This document shows positions 1 through 9,905 of a DNA stretch of 64,000 nt, piece by piece. A program made the position numbers and the translations under genes. Source of the DNA: Bacillota bacterium (GTDB taxonomy: Bacteria > Bacillota > Clostridia > Lachnospirales > Lachnospiraceae); the NCBI GenBank assembly GCA_023441965.1, contig JAEZNB010000078.1, positions 3,538-67,537 on the forward strand, given 5' to 3'. Numbering within the stretch: the first letter of the stretch is position 1; each line of letters starts with the position of its first letter. The notes under the pieces are model-generated. The model saw only the letters and a list, made by a program, of their open reading frames with translations, was not told the DNA's origin and searched no databases.

Positions 1-1
1 T

Positions 2-610
2 TATTGGGGAAGCCATAACCTGGTACAGAATAAAAAACATTATGATCTGACCTCTAAGCTGGACAATCAAGTACCCTTTGTAAAAGAATGGGTCATCATC
101 TACGTTGTATGTTATTTTTTTTGGGCGATTAACTATATTCTGATTTCCCGTGAAGGAAGAGATAAGTGTTATCGGTTTGTATTTGCTGATCTGCTGTCGA
201 GATTGATCTGCGGTATTATTTTTATCGTTTATCCGACGACCAACCTTCGGCCTACCGTAGCCGGAAGTGATTTTACAAGCTGGTTGATGAACTTTATTTA
301 TCGCATTGATCCTGCAACAAACCTCTTTCCATCCATACATTGTCTGGTCAGCTGGTTTTGCTTTGTCGGGATAAGAGGCAGCAAAAAGCTTCCTCTTTGG
401 TACAAGGTATTTTCATGTATCTTTGCTGTTTTGGTATTTGCATCCACGCAATTTACAAAGCAGCATTATCTGATCGATGTAGTGGGTGGCATAGTCATTG
501 CGGAGGTGTGCTTCTATATAGCGAACCATACGAAGATTTATGTAAGGCTGAAGAGGCCTTTTGTATGGGCGGAGCAAAGAATATTTGGAGAAGTTTCGGA
601 TGATGAATAA
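2..610 (+). CDS. PAP2-family membrane phosphatase (5'-truncated by window edge)
   Basis: Frame is open from base 2 (YWGSHNLVQNKKHYDLTSKLDNQVPF...); contains PAP2 motifs FPSIH and TKQHYLIDVVGG; hydrophobic. Confidence 0.8.
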   Translation, partial: YWGSHNLVQNKKHYDLTSKLDNQVPFVKEWVIIYVVCYFFWAINYILISREGRDKCYRFVFADLLSRLICGIIFIVYPTTNLRPTVAGSDFTSWLMNFIYRIDPATNLFPSIHCLVSWFCFVGIRGSKKLPLWYKVFSCIFAVLVFASTQFTKQHYLIDVVGGIVIAEVCFYIANHTKIYVRLKRPFVWAEQRIFGEVSDDE

Positions 611-1652
611 GCGTAAGCTAATCTTTAACACCTTATTTCTGCTTATCGTAGGTGTTATTACTTATTACTACATCTTTCAGGGTCAGGACATGGCCTTCAT
701 TATGGAGCACATCGCAAATGCGGATGTAAGATATTGGGCCTTGGCCATCATATGTATTGTTTTTTTTGTCGGAAGTGAAGCGATGATCATTTTTTACATG
801 ATGCATTCCATCCGGCAAAAGGTTCGTCTGACCCATTGCTTGCTGTACTCCTTTGTGGGCTTTTTCTTTAGCTGTATTACACCTTCGGCATCAGGGGGAC
901 AGCCGGCACAGGTCTATTTTATGAAAAAGGACAAGATACCGATACCGGTCTCCAGCCTGATTCTGATGATCGTTACCATCACTTATAAATTGGTATTGGT
1001 GGCTTTGGGAGTAATCATACTGATCATCAGGCCTACAGAGATCATGGGCTATCTGGAACCGATCATGGGAGTCTGTTATCTGGGACTTGTAATAAATATA
1101 GGCTTTGTAGGCATCATGTTTCTTTTTGCTTTTCATCCGACCATGGCTCATCAGCATCTTACGGCTCTGATCAGGTTACTCGGTAAAATGCATCTTGTCC
1201 GTAGGGTCGATCACTATCTGCATAAGCTTGACTCCGCTATGAAGCAATATAAAGATGTAGCAGGTTACTTCAGGACAAACAAGAGAGTGATATGGAATGT
1301 ACTTGGGATTACAGTCATACAACGGATACTGCTTTTTTTTGTAACATATTTGGTTTATCGGTCCTTTGGACTGAAGGGAACAGATTTTATTACGATTACG
1401 ATCTTACAGGGAATGATATCGGTAGCGGTGGATATGCTTCCGCTTCCGGGAGGTATGGGAATCAGTGAGAAGCTGTTTTTGTTGGTTTTTGTACCTGTTT
1501 TTGGCAGTGTAACACTGCCTGCGATGATTGTAAGCAGAGGTCTTAGCTATTATTCACAACTGCTGATCAGTGCCTTGTTTACGGTAGTTGCGTTTTTTAC
1601 GATAGGAAGGAAGAAGATGGAGAGGGGACAAGAGGATGATAGGGTTTTATGA
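600..1652 (+). CDS. Lysylphosphatidylglycerol synthase TM-domain (flippase-like, UPF0104) protein
   Basis: Polytopic; motifs ITPSASGGQP and LPLPGGMGISE; start placed at ATG 600 overlapping the upstream gene. Confidence 0.8.
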   Translation: MMNKRKLIFNTLFLLIVGVITYYYIFQGQDMAFIMEHIANADVRYWALAIICIVFFVGSEAMIIFYMMHSIRQKVRLTHCLLYSFVGFFFSCITPSASGGQPAQVYFMKKDKIPIPVSSLILMIVTITYKLVLVALGVIILIIRPTEIMGYLEPIMGVCYLGLVINIGFVGIMFLFAFHPTMAHQHLTALIRLLGKMHLVRRVDHYLHKLDSAMKQYKDVAGYFRTNKRVIWNVLGITVIQRILLFFVTYLVYRSFGLKGTDFITITILQGMISVAVDMLPLPGGMGISEKLFLLVFVPVFGSVTLPAMIVSRGLSYYSQLLISALFTVVAFFTIGRKKMERGQEDDRVL

Positions 1653-2316
1653 TTACACGGTGGTACTAACATATCTCGGTCTTTGCAGTTCAGTGTTTGG
1701 TATTACCCAGGCGATGGACGGAAGATTTCGGACTGCAATTGTTTGCCTGGCAATATCGGGTCTTTGTGATATGTTTGATGGAAAGGTTGCAAGGAGGAAG
1801 AAGAACCGCAGCAATGACCAGAAGCTGTTTGGTATACAGATAGATTCCTTATGCGACGTGATTTGCTTTGGGGTTTTCCCTGCCATACTTAGCCATGTTC
1901 TGGGTGTTCGGGGGATTTTAGGCGGTGTAGTGATTGCATACTACTGTGTTTGTTCCGTTATTAGGTTAGGATTTTTCAATGTTCTTGAGACTAACCGTCA
2001 GATGAAGGAAGATGGAGCCAATAAATACTATCATGGACTTCCGATTACCTCCATAACGATTATCCTGCCCTTTGTATTTCTCCTAAGCTTCATTACCCCG
2101 GCATATGCCTTCAAATGGATACTGTTGGCTACGCTCTTTATCGTGGCTACCTTGTTCATCATCAATTTCAAGCTGAAGAAGCCATCGAACAAACAGCTAT
2201 GTTTTATCGTAATCGTTGTGGCCTTTGCAGTATCTATTATATTGCTGTACTCAGATTATCGTATTAAGCAGAGAGTCGTACAGGAAAAGGCCTTGTTAGA
2301 AGATTTTTGGGAGTAG
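1636..2316 (+). CDS. pssA: CDP-alcohol phosphatidyltransferase (phosphatidylserine synthase)
   Basis: DMFDGKVAR...G..IDSLCD signature; directly upstream of psd. Confidence 0.85.
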   Translation: MIGFYDYTVVLTYLGLCSSVFGITQAMDGRFRTAIVCLAISGLCDMFDGKVARRKKNRSNDQKLFGIQIDSLCDVICFGVFPAILSHVLGVRGILGGVVIAYYCVCSVIRLGFFNVLETNRQMKEDGANKYYHGLPITSITIILPFVFLLSFITPAYAFKWILLATLFIVATLFIINFKLKKPSNKQLCFIVIVVAFAVSIILLYSDYRIKQRVVQEKALLEDFWE

Positions 2317-2328
2317 GGGACAGAGTAA

Positions 2329-3195
2329 ATGAAATGTGTGGACCGTGAGGGCAATTACATCAGGCAGAATGAAGCACAGGATAGAATACTAAAGCTGCTT
2401 TATCAAAGCATTCCGGGAAGAATGGTATTGAAGCAGCTTGTAAGGCCGTGGATCTCTAAGCTTACAGGAGCAGTGTTAAGCAGTCCCTGTTCAAGAGTCC
2501 TGATTGCTCCCTTTGTTAAGAAAAATCAGATCAATATGGCAGAATATGAGGACCGTTCCTTCTTATCCTATAATGATTTCTTTACCAGAAGGCTAAAGGA
2601 GGGGCAACGCAGGATTGATCCTCAGCCGGGCCATCTGATCGCACCCTGTGACGGTAAATTAAGCGTATATCCCATCAGGAAGGACGCTTGTTTCACGATT
2701 AAGAATACGGAGTATACCTTACACAGCTTACTGAAGAGTAAAAGACTGGCCGATCATTATGAGGGAGGAACGCTCTTACTCTTCCGGCTGACAGTAGATG
2801 ATTATCATAGATATTGTTATATAGACAATGGAAAAAAGACAAGAAATTATAAGATCAAGGGTGTCTTTCACACCGTGAATCCGATTGCAAACCTGTTACT
2901 TCCGGTATACAAGGAAAATACAAGAGAATTTACACTGATTGAGACGGAGAACTTCGGCAGAGTTCTGGTTATGGAAGTAGGAGCCATGCTGGTCGGTAAG
3001 ATCGTGAATTATCATGGGGCTGCGCCTGTAAGACGGGGAGAAGAGAAAGGGAGATTCGAGTTCGGTGGGTCCTCCATCCTGATCCTCCTGGAGCAGGGCA
3101 GGGCAGTGATTGACGAAGACATCCGTTTCCATTCGGCCAATGGAGCCGAGACGACAGTAAAGCTGGGCGAACGGATCGGAGTTGTCGGCAGATGA
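2329..3195 (+). CDS. psd: Phosphatidylserine decarboxylase proenzyme
   Basis: NDFFTR, APCDG, DYHRY and GRFEFGGSS self-cleavage motif. Confidence 0.92.
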   Translation: MKCVDREGNYIRQNEAQDRILKLLYQSIPGRMVLKQLVRPWISKLTGAVLSSPCSRVLIAPFVKKNQINMAEYEDRSFLSYNDFFTRRLKEGQRRIDPQPGHLIAPCDGKLSVYPIRKDACFTIKNTEYTLHSLLKSKRLADHYEGGTLLLFRLTVDDYHRYCYIDNGKKTRNYKIKGVFHTVNPIANLLLPVYKENTREFTLIETENFGRVLVMEVGAMLVGKIVNYHGAAPVRRGEEKGRFEFGGSSILILLEQGRAVIDEDIRFHSANGAETTVKLGERIGVVGR

Positions 3196-3210
3196 TGCAG
3201 AAGATAGAAT

Positions 3211-3243
3211 GAGCTTATTCTTAAATGTGAATAAGCTCTTTTT
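3211..3243 (+). terminator. Intrinsic terminator after psd
   Basis: GAGCTTATTC-N8-GAATAAGCTC then TTTTT. Confidence 0.75.
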
Positions 3244-3257
3244 GATTCTGACAAATA

Positions 3258-3310
3258 ATCCTTCTGCCATATGTATACGCTGCCATAGGATCCTTCTGCC
3301 ATAGGATCCT
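3258..3310. repeat. 16-bp period tandem repeat (ATCCTTCTGCCATAGG-like, ~3.3 copies)
   Basis: CTGCCATA at 3264, 3280 and 3296. Confidence 0.7.
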
Positions 3311-3476
3311 GTTATATGGTCCGCCGTGATGTGGGTGTAGCTCTACAGGGGCAGTCGATTTATCTCTTCAAGTATGATACTACAAAAACAGGAAATCTAT
3401 ATACATATGTGACGGACTTGATTATAATGGAATCAGGATAGGAATAACAGGTTTTCCCAGAAAGCATGGTGATAGG

Positions 3477-4157
3477 ATGAAAGAAAAGATTCTGGTCATC
3501 GAAGATGAACGGAAAATAGCAGATGCAATTGTATATGCCCTTAAGAGAGAGGGCTATACAGCAGAGGCTGTTTATGACGGAGCAGCAGCCATTGACAAAA
3601 TGAGGGAGCTTGGTCCCGATGCCATCATTCTTGATGTGATGCTACCGGGTATGGATGGATATGATATTTTAAAGAAGCTGCAGAACAAGGGATGCTTTGG
3701 TGTGATCATGCTGACGGCTAAGGAGGATATCGTCAACAAGATACTGGGCCTGGAGCTGGGAGCGGATGATTATATGACAAAGCCCTTTGATATGAGGGAG
3801 CTGCTCGCCCGATTGAAGTCTCTGCTAAGAAGAATGCAGAAGGCAGAGACCAGAGAAGCGGATGAAGTAAATGTACGGGGAATTAAGCTGCAGGTGAGTC
3901 ACAGAACAGCCTATGCGGGGGGAACCCTGCTCGATTTAACACCCAAGGAATATGATCTTCTTAAGCTCCTGCTCTCCTCCCCTGACAGGGTGTATAGCAG
4001 AGAGCAGCTGCTGGATCTGATCTGGGGCATGGAATACTATGGAGGAACCCGTACGGTAGATATCCATATCCAAAGACTTCGAAAAAAACTGGGAGCGGAG
4101 CATGGAGAAGTGATCCAGACTGTTCATGGGATTGGCTATAAAACGTTAGGAGGTTAA
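3477..4157 (+). CDS. OmpR/PhoB-family response regulator
   Basis: Receiver domain (LDVMLPG, GADDYMTKPF) plus winged helix (RTVDIHIQRLRKKL). Confidence 0.95.
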   Translation: MKEKILVIEDERKIADAIVYALKREGYTAEAVYDGAAAIDKMRELGPDAIILDVMLPGMDGYDILKKLQNKGCFGVIMLTAKEDIVNKILGLELGADDYMTKPFDMRELLARLKSLLRRMQKAETREADEVNVRGIKLQVSHRTAYAGGTLLDLTPKEYDLLKLLLSSPDRVYSREQLLDLIWGMEYYGGTRTVDIHIQRLRKKLGAEHGEVIQTVHGIGYKTLGG

Positions 4158-4158
4158 G

Positions 4159-5634
4159 GTGAGAATCAGCATTAAGATTAAATTCAGTGTATTTCTGGCT
4201 GTCTTACTTCTTCTTACTGTAATTGTACTAAGCCTGCTGGTCCTAAGAGGGATCAGGACGAACCAGACAGATCGGTATGAGGAATACCTGACCAGGCAGT
4301 CTGAAACGGCAAACGTGTATTTTTTGCAGACCATTCTGACGGAATCCAATAAAGTCCCGCAGATTTTCTTAAGCACCAAGGGTGCCTGGTTTGCCAAGCA
4401 GCTTGAGCTCCTTACCGGACAGGCTGTGGTTCTGTATGATATGGACGGGGAAGCGGTCAGTAAGAAGCTGACCCCTAAGGAAGCGGAGCGGATCAGCCGG
4501 ACGCTGACCTATGCCCTGGAGAATAAGACCGCTTATATGGTGGAGGGAAAGGAGCTATATTACCTGACACCCTTGAAGATAGAAAATGAGCAGGTGGGGG
4601 TAATGCAGCTTTATTACTCCCTGTCCGAGGAAGTGAGGTTTTATCGTACGATCAGAAACACCTTTCTCACAGTCGGAGCCGGGATATTCCTCTTAAGCTT
4701 TCTTCTGGCCTTTGTCTATTTTGACTTCTTCGCCAATGGGATTATGAAGCTGGAGCAGATGGTGGACAGGGTCCGGCAGGGACAGTATGAGGTAAAGCCG
4801 CTCAAACGGAGGGATGAAATCGGGCGGCTGTCAGAAGGTATCCGCTCTATGAGCGATCAAATCAGGATGACGATGAGGGGTATGGAGGAGGAGCAGGAGA
4901 AGCTGACCCGGGCAGTCCATAAGCTTTCTCTTCTGGATCAGCAGCAGAAGCAGTTCATCGGGAATGTGACCCACGAGTTTAAGACACCTCTGACCTCCAT
5001 CAAGGCTTATCTGGATCTGTTGGAGATGTATCCGGATGATGAAAGGTTGCCGGAAACTGCCATCAGTAACATCAAGAGTGAGACCAACCGCCTGCAGGAT
5101 ATGGTAGATAAGGTTCTGCAGCTATCGGTCCTGGAAAAGTATGATTTCGAATATCATCCGGAAAGAATAGAGTTAAGCCGTTTATTGAAATCTGTCTTGC
5201 AGAGCCTTAAGGGTAAGCTGGATAAGTTCGGCCTCCGGTTGGAAACCGATCTGACCGAGGCGTATGTATATGCCGATAAAGACAGCATGACCATCATCCT
5301 GATCAATCTCCTGGATAATGCAATCAAATACAATAAAGCCAAGGGGAAAGTAGCAGTGAGAAACTTTCGGCAGGATCAGCAGGTGATCATAGAAATCAGC
5401 GATAGCGGTATCGGGATACCCAAGGAGGCAGCCGACCGGATCTTTGAGCCCTTCTATACCGTGGATAAGAACAGGTCCAGAGCAAGCGGCGGTGCCGGTC
5501 TGGGACTGTCAATTGTAAGAAAGAATACCGAGCTGCTGGGAGGCAGGATTGCTCTGGCCGACACCGGTGAGGAAGGGTCTACCTTTCGCCTATCCTTTCC
5601 GGAGGCAGCAGATGATGAAATGTTTACAAAATAG
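4159..5634 (+). CDS. HAMP-domain sensor histidine kinase
   Basis: Two TM segments, HAMP, H-box THEFKTPL, N box NLLDNAIKY, G boxes. Confidence 0.95.
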   Translation: MRISIKIKFSVFLAVLLLLTVIVLSLLVLRGIRTNQTDRYEEYLTRQSETANVYFLQTILTESNKVPQIFLSTKGAWFAKQLELLTGQAVVLYDMDGEAVSKKLTPKEAERISRTLTYALENKTAYMVEGKELYYLTPLKIENEQVGVMQLYYSLSEEVRFYRTIRNTFLTVGAGIFLLSFLLAFVYFDFFANGIMKLEQMVDRVRQGQYEVKPLKRRDEIGRLSEGIRSMSDQIRMTMRGMEEEQEKLTRAVHKLSLLDQQQKQFIGNVTHEFKTPLTSIKAYLDLLEMYPDDERLPETAISNIKSETNRLQDMVDKVLQLSVLEKYDFEYHPERIELSRLLKSVLQSLKGKLDKFGLRLETDLTEAYVYADKDSMTIILINLLDNAIKYNKAKGKVAVRNFRQDQQVIIEISDSGIGIPKEAADRIFEPFYTVDKNRSRASGGAGLGLSIVRKNTELLGGRIALADTGEEGSTFRLSFPEAADDEMFTK

Positions 5635-5696
5635 AAACAATTCTTTACCTGCCTGCAACATTTGTTCATTTTATTGAAAAATATGCCTGCTATGAT
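5623..5696 (+). promoter_or_regulatory. Putative OmpR-type direct-repeat binding site plus extended -10
   Basis: TTTACA-N5-GAAACA (5623-5639) and TTTACC-N5-GCAACA (5644-5660), 21-bp period; TGcTATGAT at 5688-5696 with no good -35. Confidence 0.5.
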
Positions 5697-5718
5697 TAGT
5701 ATCAAGGAGGTGCTTTAT

Positions 5719-6822
5719 ATGAAAAAAGCGAATATCATGAAAATGATACCAATGATAATACTCATACTTACCATGACTGCCTGTGATAAGGAAGAGAAGA
5801 AGGTCATCATCGAGGAAGAGCCCGGAAAGACCATCACTGTAATTGAGAATAAGGAGCAGGAGGAGGAAAGCAAGCCGAATGTTACAGCGGACCGAATTGT
5901 GGTCTTTGATAAGGTGATCAATATTACGGACTGGTTAGATGAGAATACGGTCCTTGTCTCCAAGGAGAATACCACACTGGATAAAATGAGTCTGGCCGAG
6001 CTATCCGAAACTTATCCCAGGAGCTTATATCTGCTAGACCTTAACACCATGGAATATAAGCTACTGAAGGAAGAGAAGGATGTATATCTGGATGGAGCAG
6101 TCTTATCCGCAGATAGAAAATATCTTCTGTATAGCTTAAATACCCTGGGGGATCCCTCCTTCTATATGATGAACATGGAAACCTCTGAGGCCTTTGGAAT
6201 CATGGGGGACCCGATCGGAGCGGCGATGACGGCCAAATGGGCCGATTCGGATACGATAATCGGTGTGGCCTACAGCGGAGGTGCGTATCTGGCAGATAGA
6301 ACCGGTGAGATCACTCCGGTGGAGGAACTGAAGGAGGAGGCCCTCTATCTGTTGGAGAAGATTGGAGATACCATTTTTTACAATACCGTGTATGATCCTA
6401 CCCTAATGAAGCTGGATCTGAATACCGGGGAAAAAGTCAAGCTTCCGTTGGAGCAGGTTTATGAGATGCATCCCTCTCCCGATGGGAAGCAGCTCTTACT
6501 CTTACAGGCTGACGGAGCGAAAAGTATCCTCACGGTTTATGATCTGGCAAGCAAGGAAAAGGCGACCATAGCGGAAGGAGCTGAAATCAGGGGAGTATCC
6601 TGGTCACCGGATCAGCGGAGGATCGCATATCACCTGAAGGAAGAGGGAAACAATACCTCGAAAGGCAGTCTATATGTCTATGATATGCTGACAGGGGAGG
6701 CCAACTGGATCATAGTGGGGAATGAAAGCTTCTTCACAAGCTGGAGTCCCTCAGGCACGAGATTGATTTTTACGGAATGGACAGGAACACAAAATAGCAG
6801 CAGTATCATTTATCTGAAATAG
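5719..6822 (+). CDS. Lipoprotein with TolB/PD40-like beta-propeller
   Basis: AAGGAGG RBS; lipobox MTAC; repeated SPDG/WSPD/WSPSG blade motifs. Confidence 0.75.
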   Translation: MKKANIMKMIPMIILILTMTACDKEEKKVIIEEEPGKTITVIENKEQEEESKPNVTADRIVVFDKVINITDWLDENTVLVSKENTTLDKMSLAELSETYPRSLYLLDLNTMEYKLLKEEKDVYLDGAVLSADRKYLLYSLNTLGDPSFYMMNMETSEAFGIMGDPIGAAMTAKWADSDTIIGVAYSGGAYLADRTGEITPVEELKEEALYLLEKIGDTIFYNTVYDPTLMKLDLNTGEKVKLPLEQVYEMHPSPDGKQLLLLQADGAKSILTVYDLASKEKATIAEGAEIRGVSWSPDQRRIAYHLKEEGNNTSKGSLYVYDMLTGEANWIIVGNESFFTSWSPSGTRLIFTEWTGTQNSSSIIYLK

Positions 6823-6835
6823 TAGGTTAAGTAGC

Positions 6836-6880
6836 ATCCTCCCGGAGGAAGGCCGATCACAGCCTTTTTCCGGGAGGATT
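6836..6880 (+). terminator. Hairpin after lipoprotein gene
   Basis: ATCCTCCCGGAGGAAGGC...GCCTTTTTCCGGGAGGAT inverted repeat. Confidence 0.6.
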
Positions 6881-6985
6881 CCTTGTAACTTGCCATGGAA
6901 GAGCTTTGTATCTGGTTCATTCCCTTGCTAATCATAGCGACAACTATTGACAAGCGGGTGCATAGGTGATAAATTATGGTTATGT

Positions 6986-7139
6986 TCTAAAAGGGAGTAG
7001 CTGTGAGCGAAGCTTTAAATAAAATCAACATACTGGAGAAATCCTGGTTTTATTTACTTTAAGTATATCTTAAGGGAGCGAGACTTTTAGATTAGTAAGC
7101 CATTTAAGATGGCTTATTAATCTATGGGTCCCGCTTTTT
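6986..7139 (+). ncRNA. yybP-ykoY manganese riboswitch with overlapping terminator
   Basis: P1 TCTAAAAG/CTTTTAGA, GGGAGTAG, L3 TCAACATA, GCGAGAC; terminator 7077-7139 uses the aptamer 3' strand (ON-switch logic); TTGACA at 6947; precedes a UPF0016 gene. Confidence 0.9.
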
Positions 7140-7176
7140 CTTGATATAACCAATACATTTGATGAGGTGGATGACG

Positions 7177-8295
7177 ATGTTACAGGAAATGATAAAAGCA
7201 TTTATGCTGATCTTTGTTGCCGAAATGGGGGATAAGACGCAAATACTGGCGATGGCCTTTGCCACCAGATACTCTGTGAAAAAGGTACTGCTGGGTATTT
7301 TCCTCGGAGCATTTCTAAATCATGGCTTAGCCGTAGCCCTGGGCAGCTATATATCGAGGGTGATTCCCATCAATACCATCCAGATCATAGCGGGCTTTGC
7401 CTTCGTCGGCTTCTCCCTATGGACGTTAAAGTCCGACGATGGGGAGGAGAAGGAGGAAGAACGCAGGGCGAAGGCAGGACCTGTCATCACGGTTGCCCTG
7501 GCCTTCTTTATCGGAGAACTGGGGGATAAGACTCAGTTGACCGCCATCACCTTAGCTGCGGATGCAGTCTACCCTGTCTTTATCCTTTGTGGCACCGTCT
7601 TGGGGATGATCGTTACCGGCGGCATCGGTATCTTCATTGGTAGGAAGATCGGAGACAAGATACCCGAAAATATCATTAAAGTCATTGCATCGGCAGTGTT
7701 TATGTTCTTTGGTGTAACGAAGCTGTATCAGACCCTGCCCGACCGCTATATCACCTGGCAGAATATCGTGATTTTCGCTGCGCTGATCTCTGTCCTGCTT
7801 TTTGTCATGATCAAGCCTATGCTGCGCAGAAGCCGCCTTGGCATCGAATCTATATTTAAGGTAAAAACCAGAGAACTCTATCACTACTACCGGCAGGCAG
7901 AGAAGAATATCAACCGGATCTGTCTGGGAGAGGGTACCTGTGGAACATGCCGGGGGAAACATTGCGTCATAGGCTACACCAAGGCTCTGATCAGAAGGGG
8001 GCTGGAAAAGGAGGGACTGACACAGGAGGATGACTTCCTTCCCATGGAAGAAGCATTCAGCAAGCAGTACGATACGGACAGTGTATCCCTAGCCCTAGGC
8101 CTTACCCTGGATGTGCTGAAGAAGGAACCGGGCAGCAGCCGTTATGATAATCTTCAGGAAATCAGAAGGAAGCTCGAAACCATTATCTTTAAAGGCAGCA
8201 TTGAGCAAATGGAGGATTGGGAGGAGTATCAAAAAAGCTTAAGGGATATGGACAGCACCATTGCCGACAAGGTCTTTGGCCTGATGAGGGAATAG
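7177..8295 (+). CDS. TMEM165/GDT1 (UPF0016) Mn/Ca exporter with C-terminal Cys-rich extension
   Basis: Two EMGDKTQ/ELGDKTQ motifs; extra ~150 aa soluble tail containing CLGEGTCGTCRGKHC. Confidence 0.88.
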   Translation: MLQEMIKAFMLIFVAEMGDKTQILAMAFATRYSVKKVLLGIFLGAFLNHGLAVALGSYISRVIPINTIQIIAGFAFVGFSLWTLKSDDGEEKEEERRAKAGPVITVALAFFIGELGDKTQLTAITLAADAVYPVFILCGTVLGMIVTGGIGIFIGRKIGDKIPENIIKVIASAVFMFFGVTKLYQTLPDRYITWQNIVIFAALISVLLFVMIKPMLRRSRLGIESIFKVKTRELYHYYRQAEKNINRICLGEGTCGTCRGKHCVIGYTKALIRRGLEKEGLTQEDDFLPMEEAFSKQYDTDSVSLALGLTLDVLKKEPGSSRYDNLQEIRRKLETIIFKGSIEQMEDWEEYQKSLRDMDSTIADKVFGLMRE

Positions 8296-8357
8296 TATAT
8301 TGTGGAAAGGCCGAAAATCTACTATAATAAGCAGTAGAATACTTAGGAGGAACACGT

Positions 8358-9785
8358 ATGAAGCTGCACTGGAAGGCCAAGCGAAGGCATAAAATAACCG
8401 GAGCGATCCTGTTACTGTTGATGATTATGGCAACCGGTCATCTGCTTCTGAAAAGCGCCCGGATTGATCCGCAAAATGTCCGGACAGAGGCAGAACTGCC
8501 TGTTCTTCAAGAAACAGAGGATAGCGCATATACGAACAAGGAAGAAGCCACTGCCGGCAGCCTGGAGCTTGCACAGCCGGAGAAAGAGGGGGACCATATG
8601 ACGATTACGGAGCAAAAAAGAGAGGATTCTCTCAAGAAGGATGGAGGGAATCAGAAGATATGGGTAGGTACCTGGGGCAGCGCCCAACTAATAGCAGCGG
8701 CAGATACTGCACCGCCGAAGCCGGGTCTTGCCGGTAATACCTATCGGCAAGGGCTACGGGTCTCCATAGGAGGAAGCCTATTAAGGCTGAAATTCTCTAA
8801 CGAATTCGGCACAACCCCGCTGGAGATAGATTCTGCCTACATATCAAGGCTGTTACAATACGGAGGCTCCAACATCGACCCCAAGACCTCCAAACCGATT
8901 ACCTTTCAGGAAGGCAAGCGCCGTGTCACGATTCCTGCGGGAATGACCGTGACCTCGGATCCCATTCCCTTCGAGCTGGAAGCTCTGGATTATATAGCTG
9001 TAACCACCCTGTTTGGAAAAGTGCCGGAAACCATTACGAGCCACACTGCTTCCAGGTCCACGAACTGCCTGGTGGCAGGCGACCACGTGATGGAAGAGGT
9101 GTTTCAGAATTATCAGACAGCGACAAGCTGGTACTTCTTAAGCGATATTGATGTGTATACCGGTCCGGAGCATTACGCTCTGGTATGCTTCGGGGATTCT
9201 CTGACCGATGGATATGGAGTGCAGATCAATGTGATTCAACGTTGGACGGATCTTCTGGCTAAACGGTTACAGGAGGAGCCGGATACCCGGCATATTTCCG
9301 TAATCAATAAAGGAATCGGCGGTAATGCCATCTACGGAGGGAATGGCCCTGCTGCGTATAAGCGCTTCCTGCGTGATGTATGTGAGCCGGCCGGAGTGAA
9401 ATACTGCATACTGCTGATCGGAGTCAATGATATCGGTTATGCCGACAATGATATTTCGGACTCTCTCATCAGCAAGTATCAGGAGATGATTAAAACTGCC
9501 CATAGCTACGGCATTAAGGTCTATGGCGGAACAATTACACCCTTTGAAGGGAATGCCTATTACTCTCTGCTGCATGAACAGATCCGCCAAAAGGTGAACC
9601 AATGGATTCTGTCAGACAAGTCCGGCTTTGACGGTAGCATAGATTTTGCGTCGGCTTTGGCAGACCCGGCGAAGCCATCGAAGCTGCAGGCAAGGTATGC
9701 CAACGATTACCTGCATCCGAATGCAAATGGCTATGCCAAAATGGCAGAGATCATTGATCCGAGGCTTTTTATAGAGAAGAAATAG
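8358..9785 (+). CDS. Membrane-anchored/secreted SGNH/GDSL esterase (XynE-like)
   Basis: N-terminal hydrophobic segment; FGDSLTDG, GIGGN, GVND and DYLHP catalytic blocks. Confidence 0.85.
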   Translation: MKLHWKAKRRHKITGAILLLLMIMATGHLLLKSARIDPQNVRTEAELPVLQETEDSAYTNKEEATAGSLELAQPEKEGDHMTITEQKREDSLKKDGGNQKIWVGTWGSAQLIAAADTAPPKPGLAGNTYRQGLRVSIGGSLLRLKFSNEFGTTPLEIDSAYISRLLQYGGSNIDPKTSKPITFQEGKRRVTIPAGMTVTSDPIPFELEALDYIAVTTLFGKVPETITSHTASRSTNCLVAGDHVMEEVFQNYQTATSWYFLSDIDVYTGPEHYALVCFGDSLTDGYGVQINVIQRWTDLLAKRLQEEPDTRHISVINKGIGGNAIYGGNGPAAYKRFLRDVCEPAGVKYCILLIGVNDIGYADNDISDSLISKYQEMIKTAHSYGIKVYGGTITPFEGNAYYSLLHEQIRQKVNQWILSDKSGFDGSIDFASALADPAKPSKLQARYANDYLHPNANGYAKMAEIIDPRLFIEKK

Positions 9786-9905
9786 GCAGAATTCGTTCTA
9801 CTTATGCACTGATATGAGATAAAGAATGTCAATAATTGATAGGCCCTTTAAAAGGAAATATGCTATACTATACAAAGGAATAAAATATACTTTTTGGAGG
9901 ATGCT

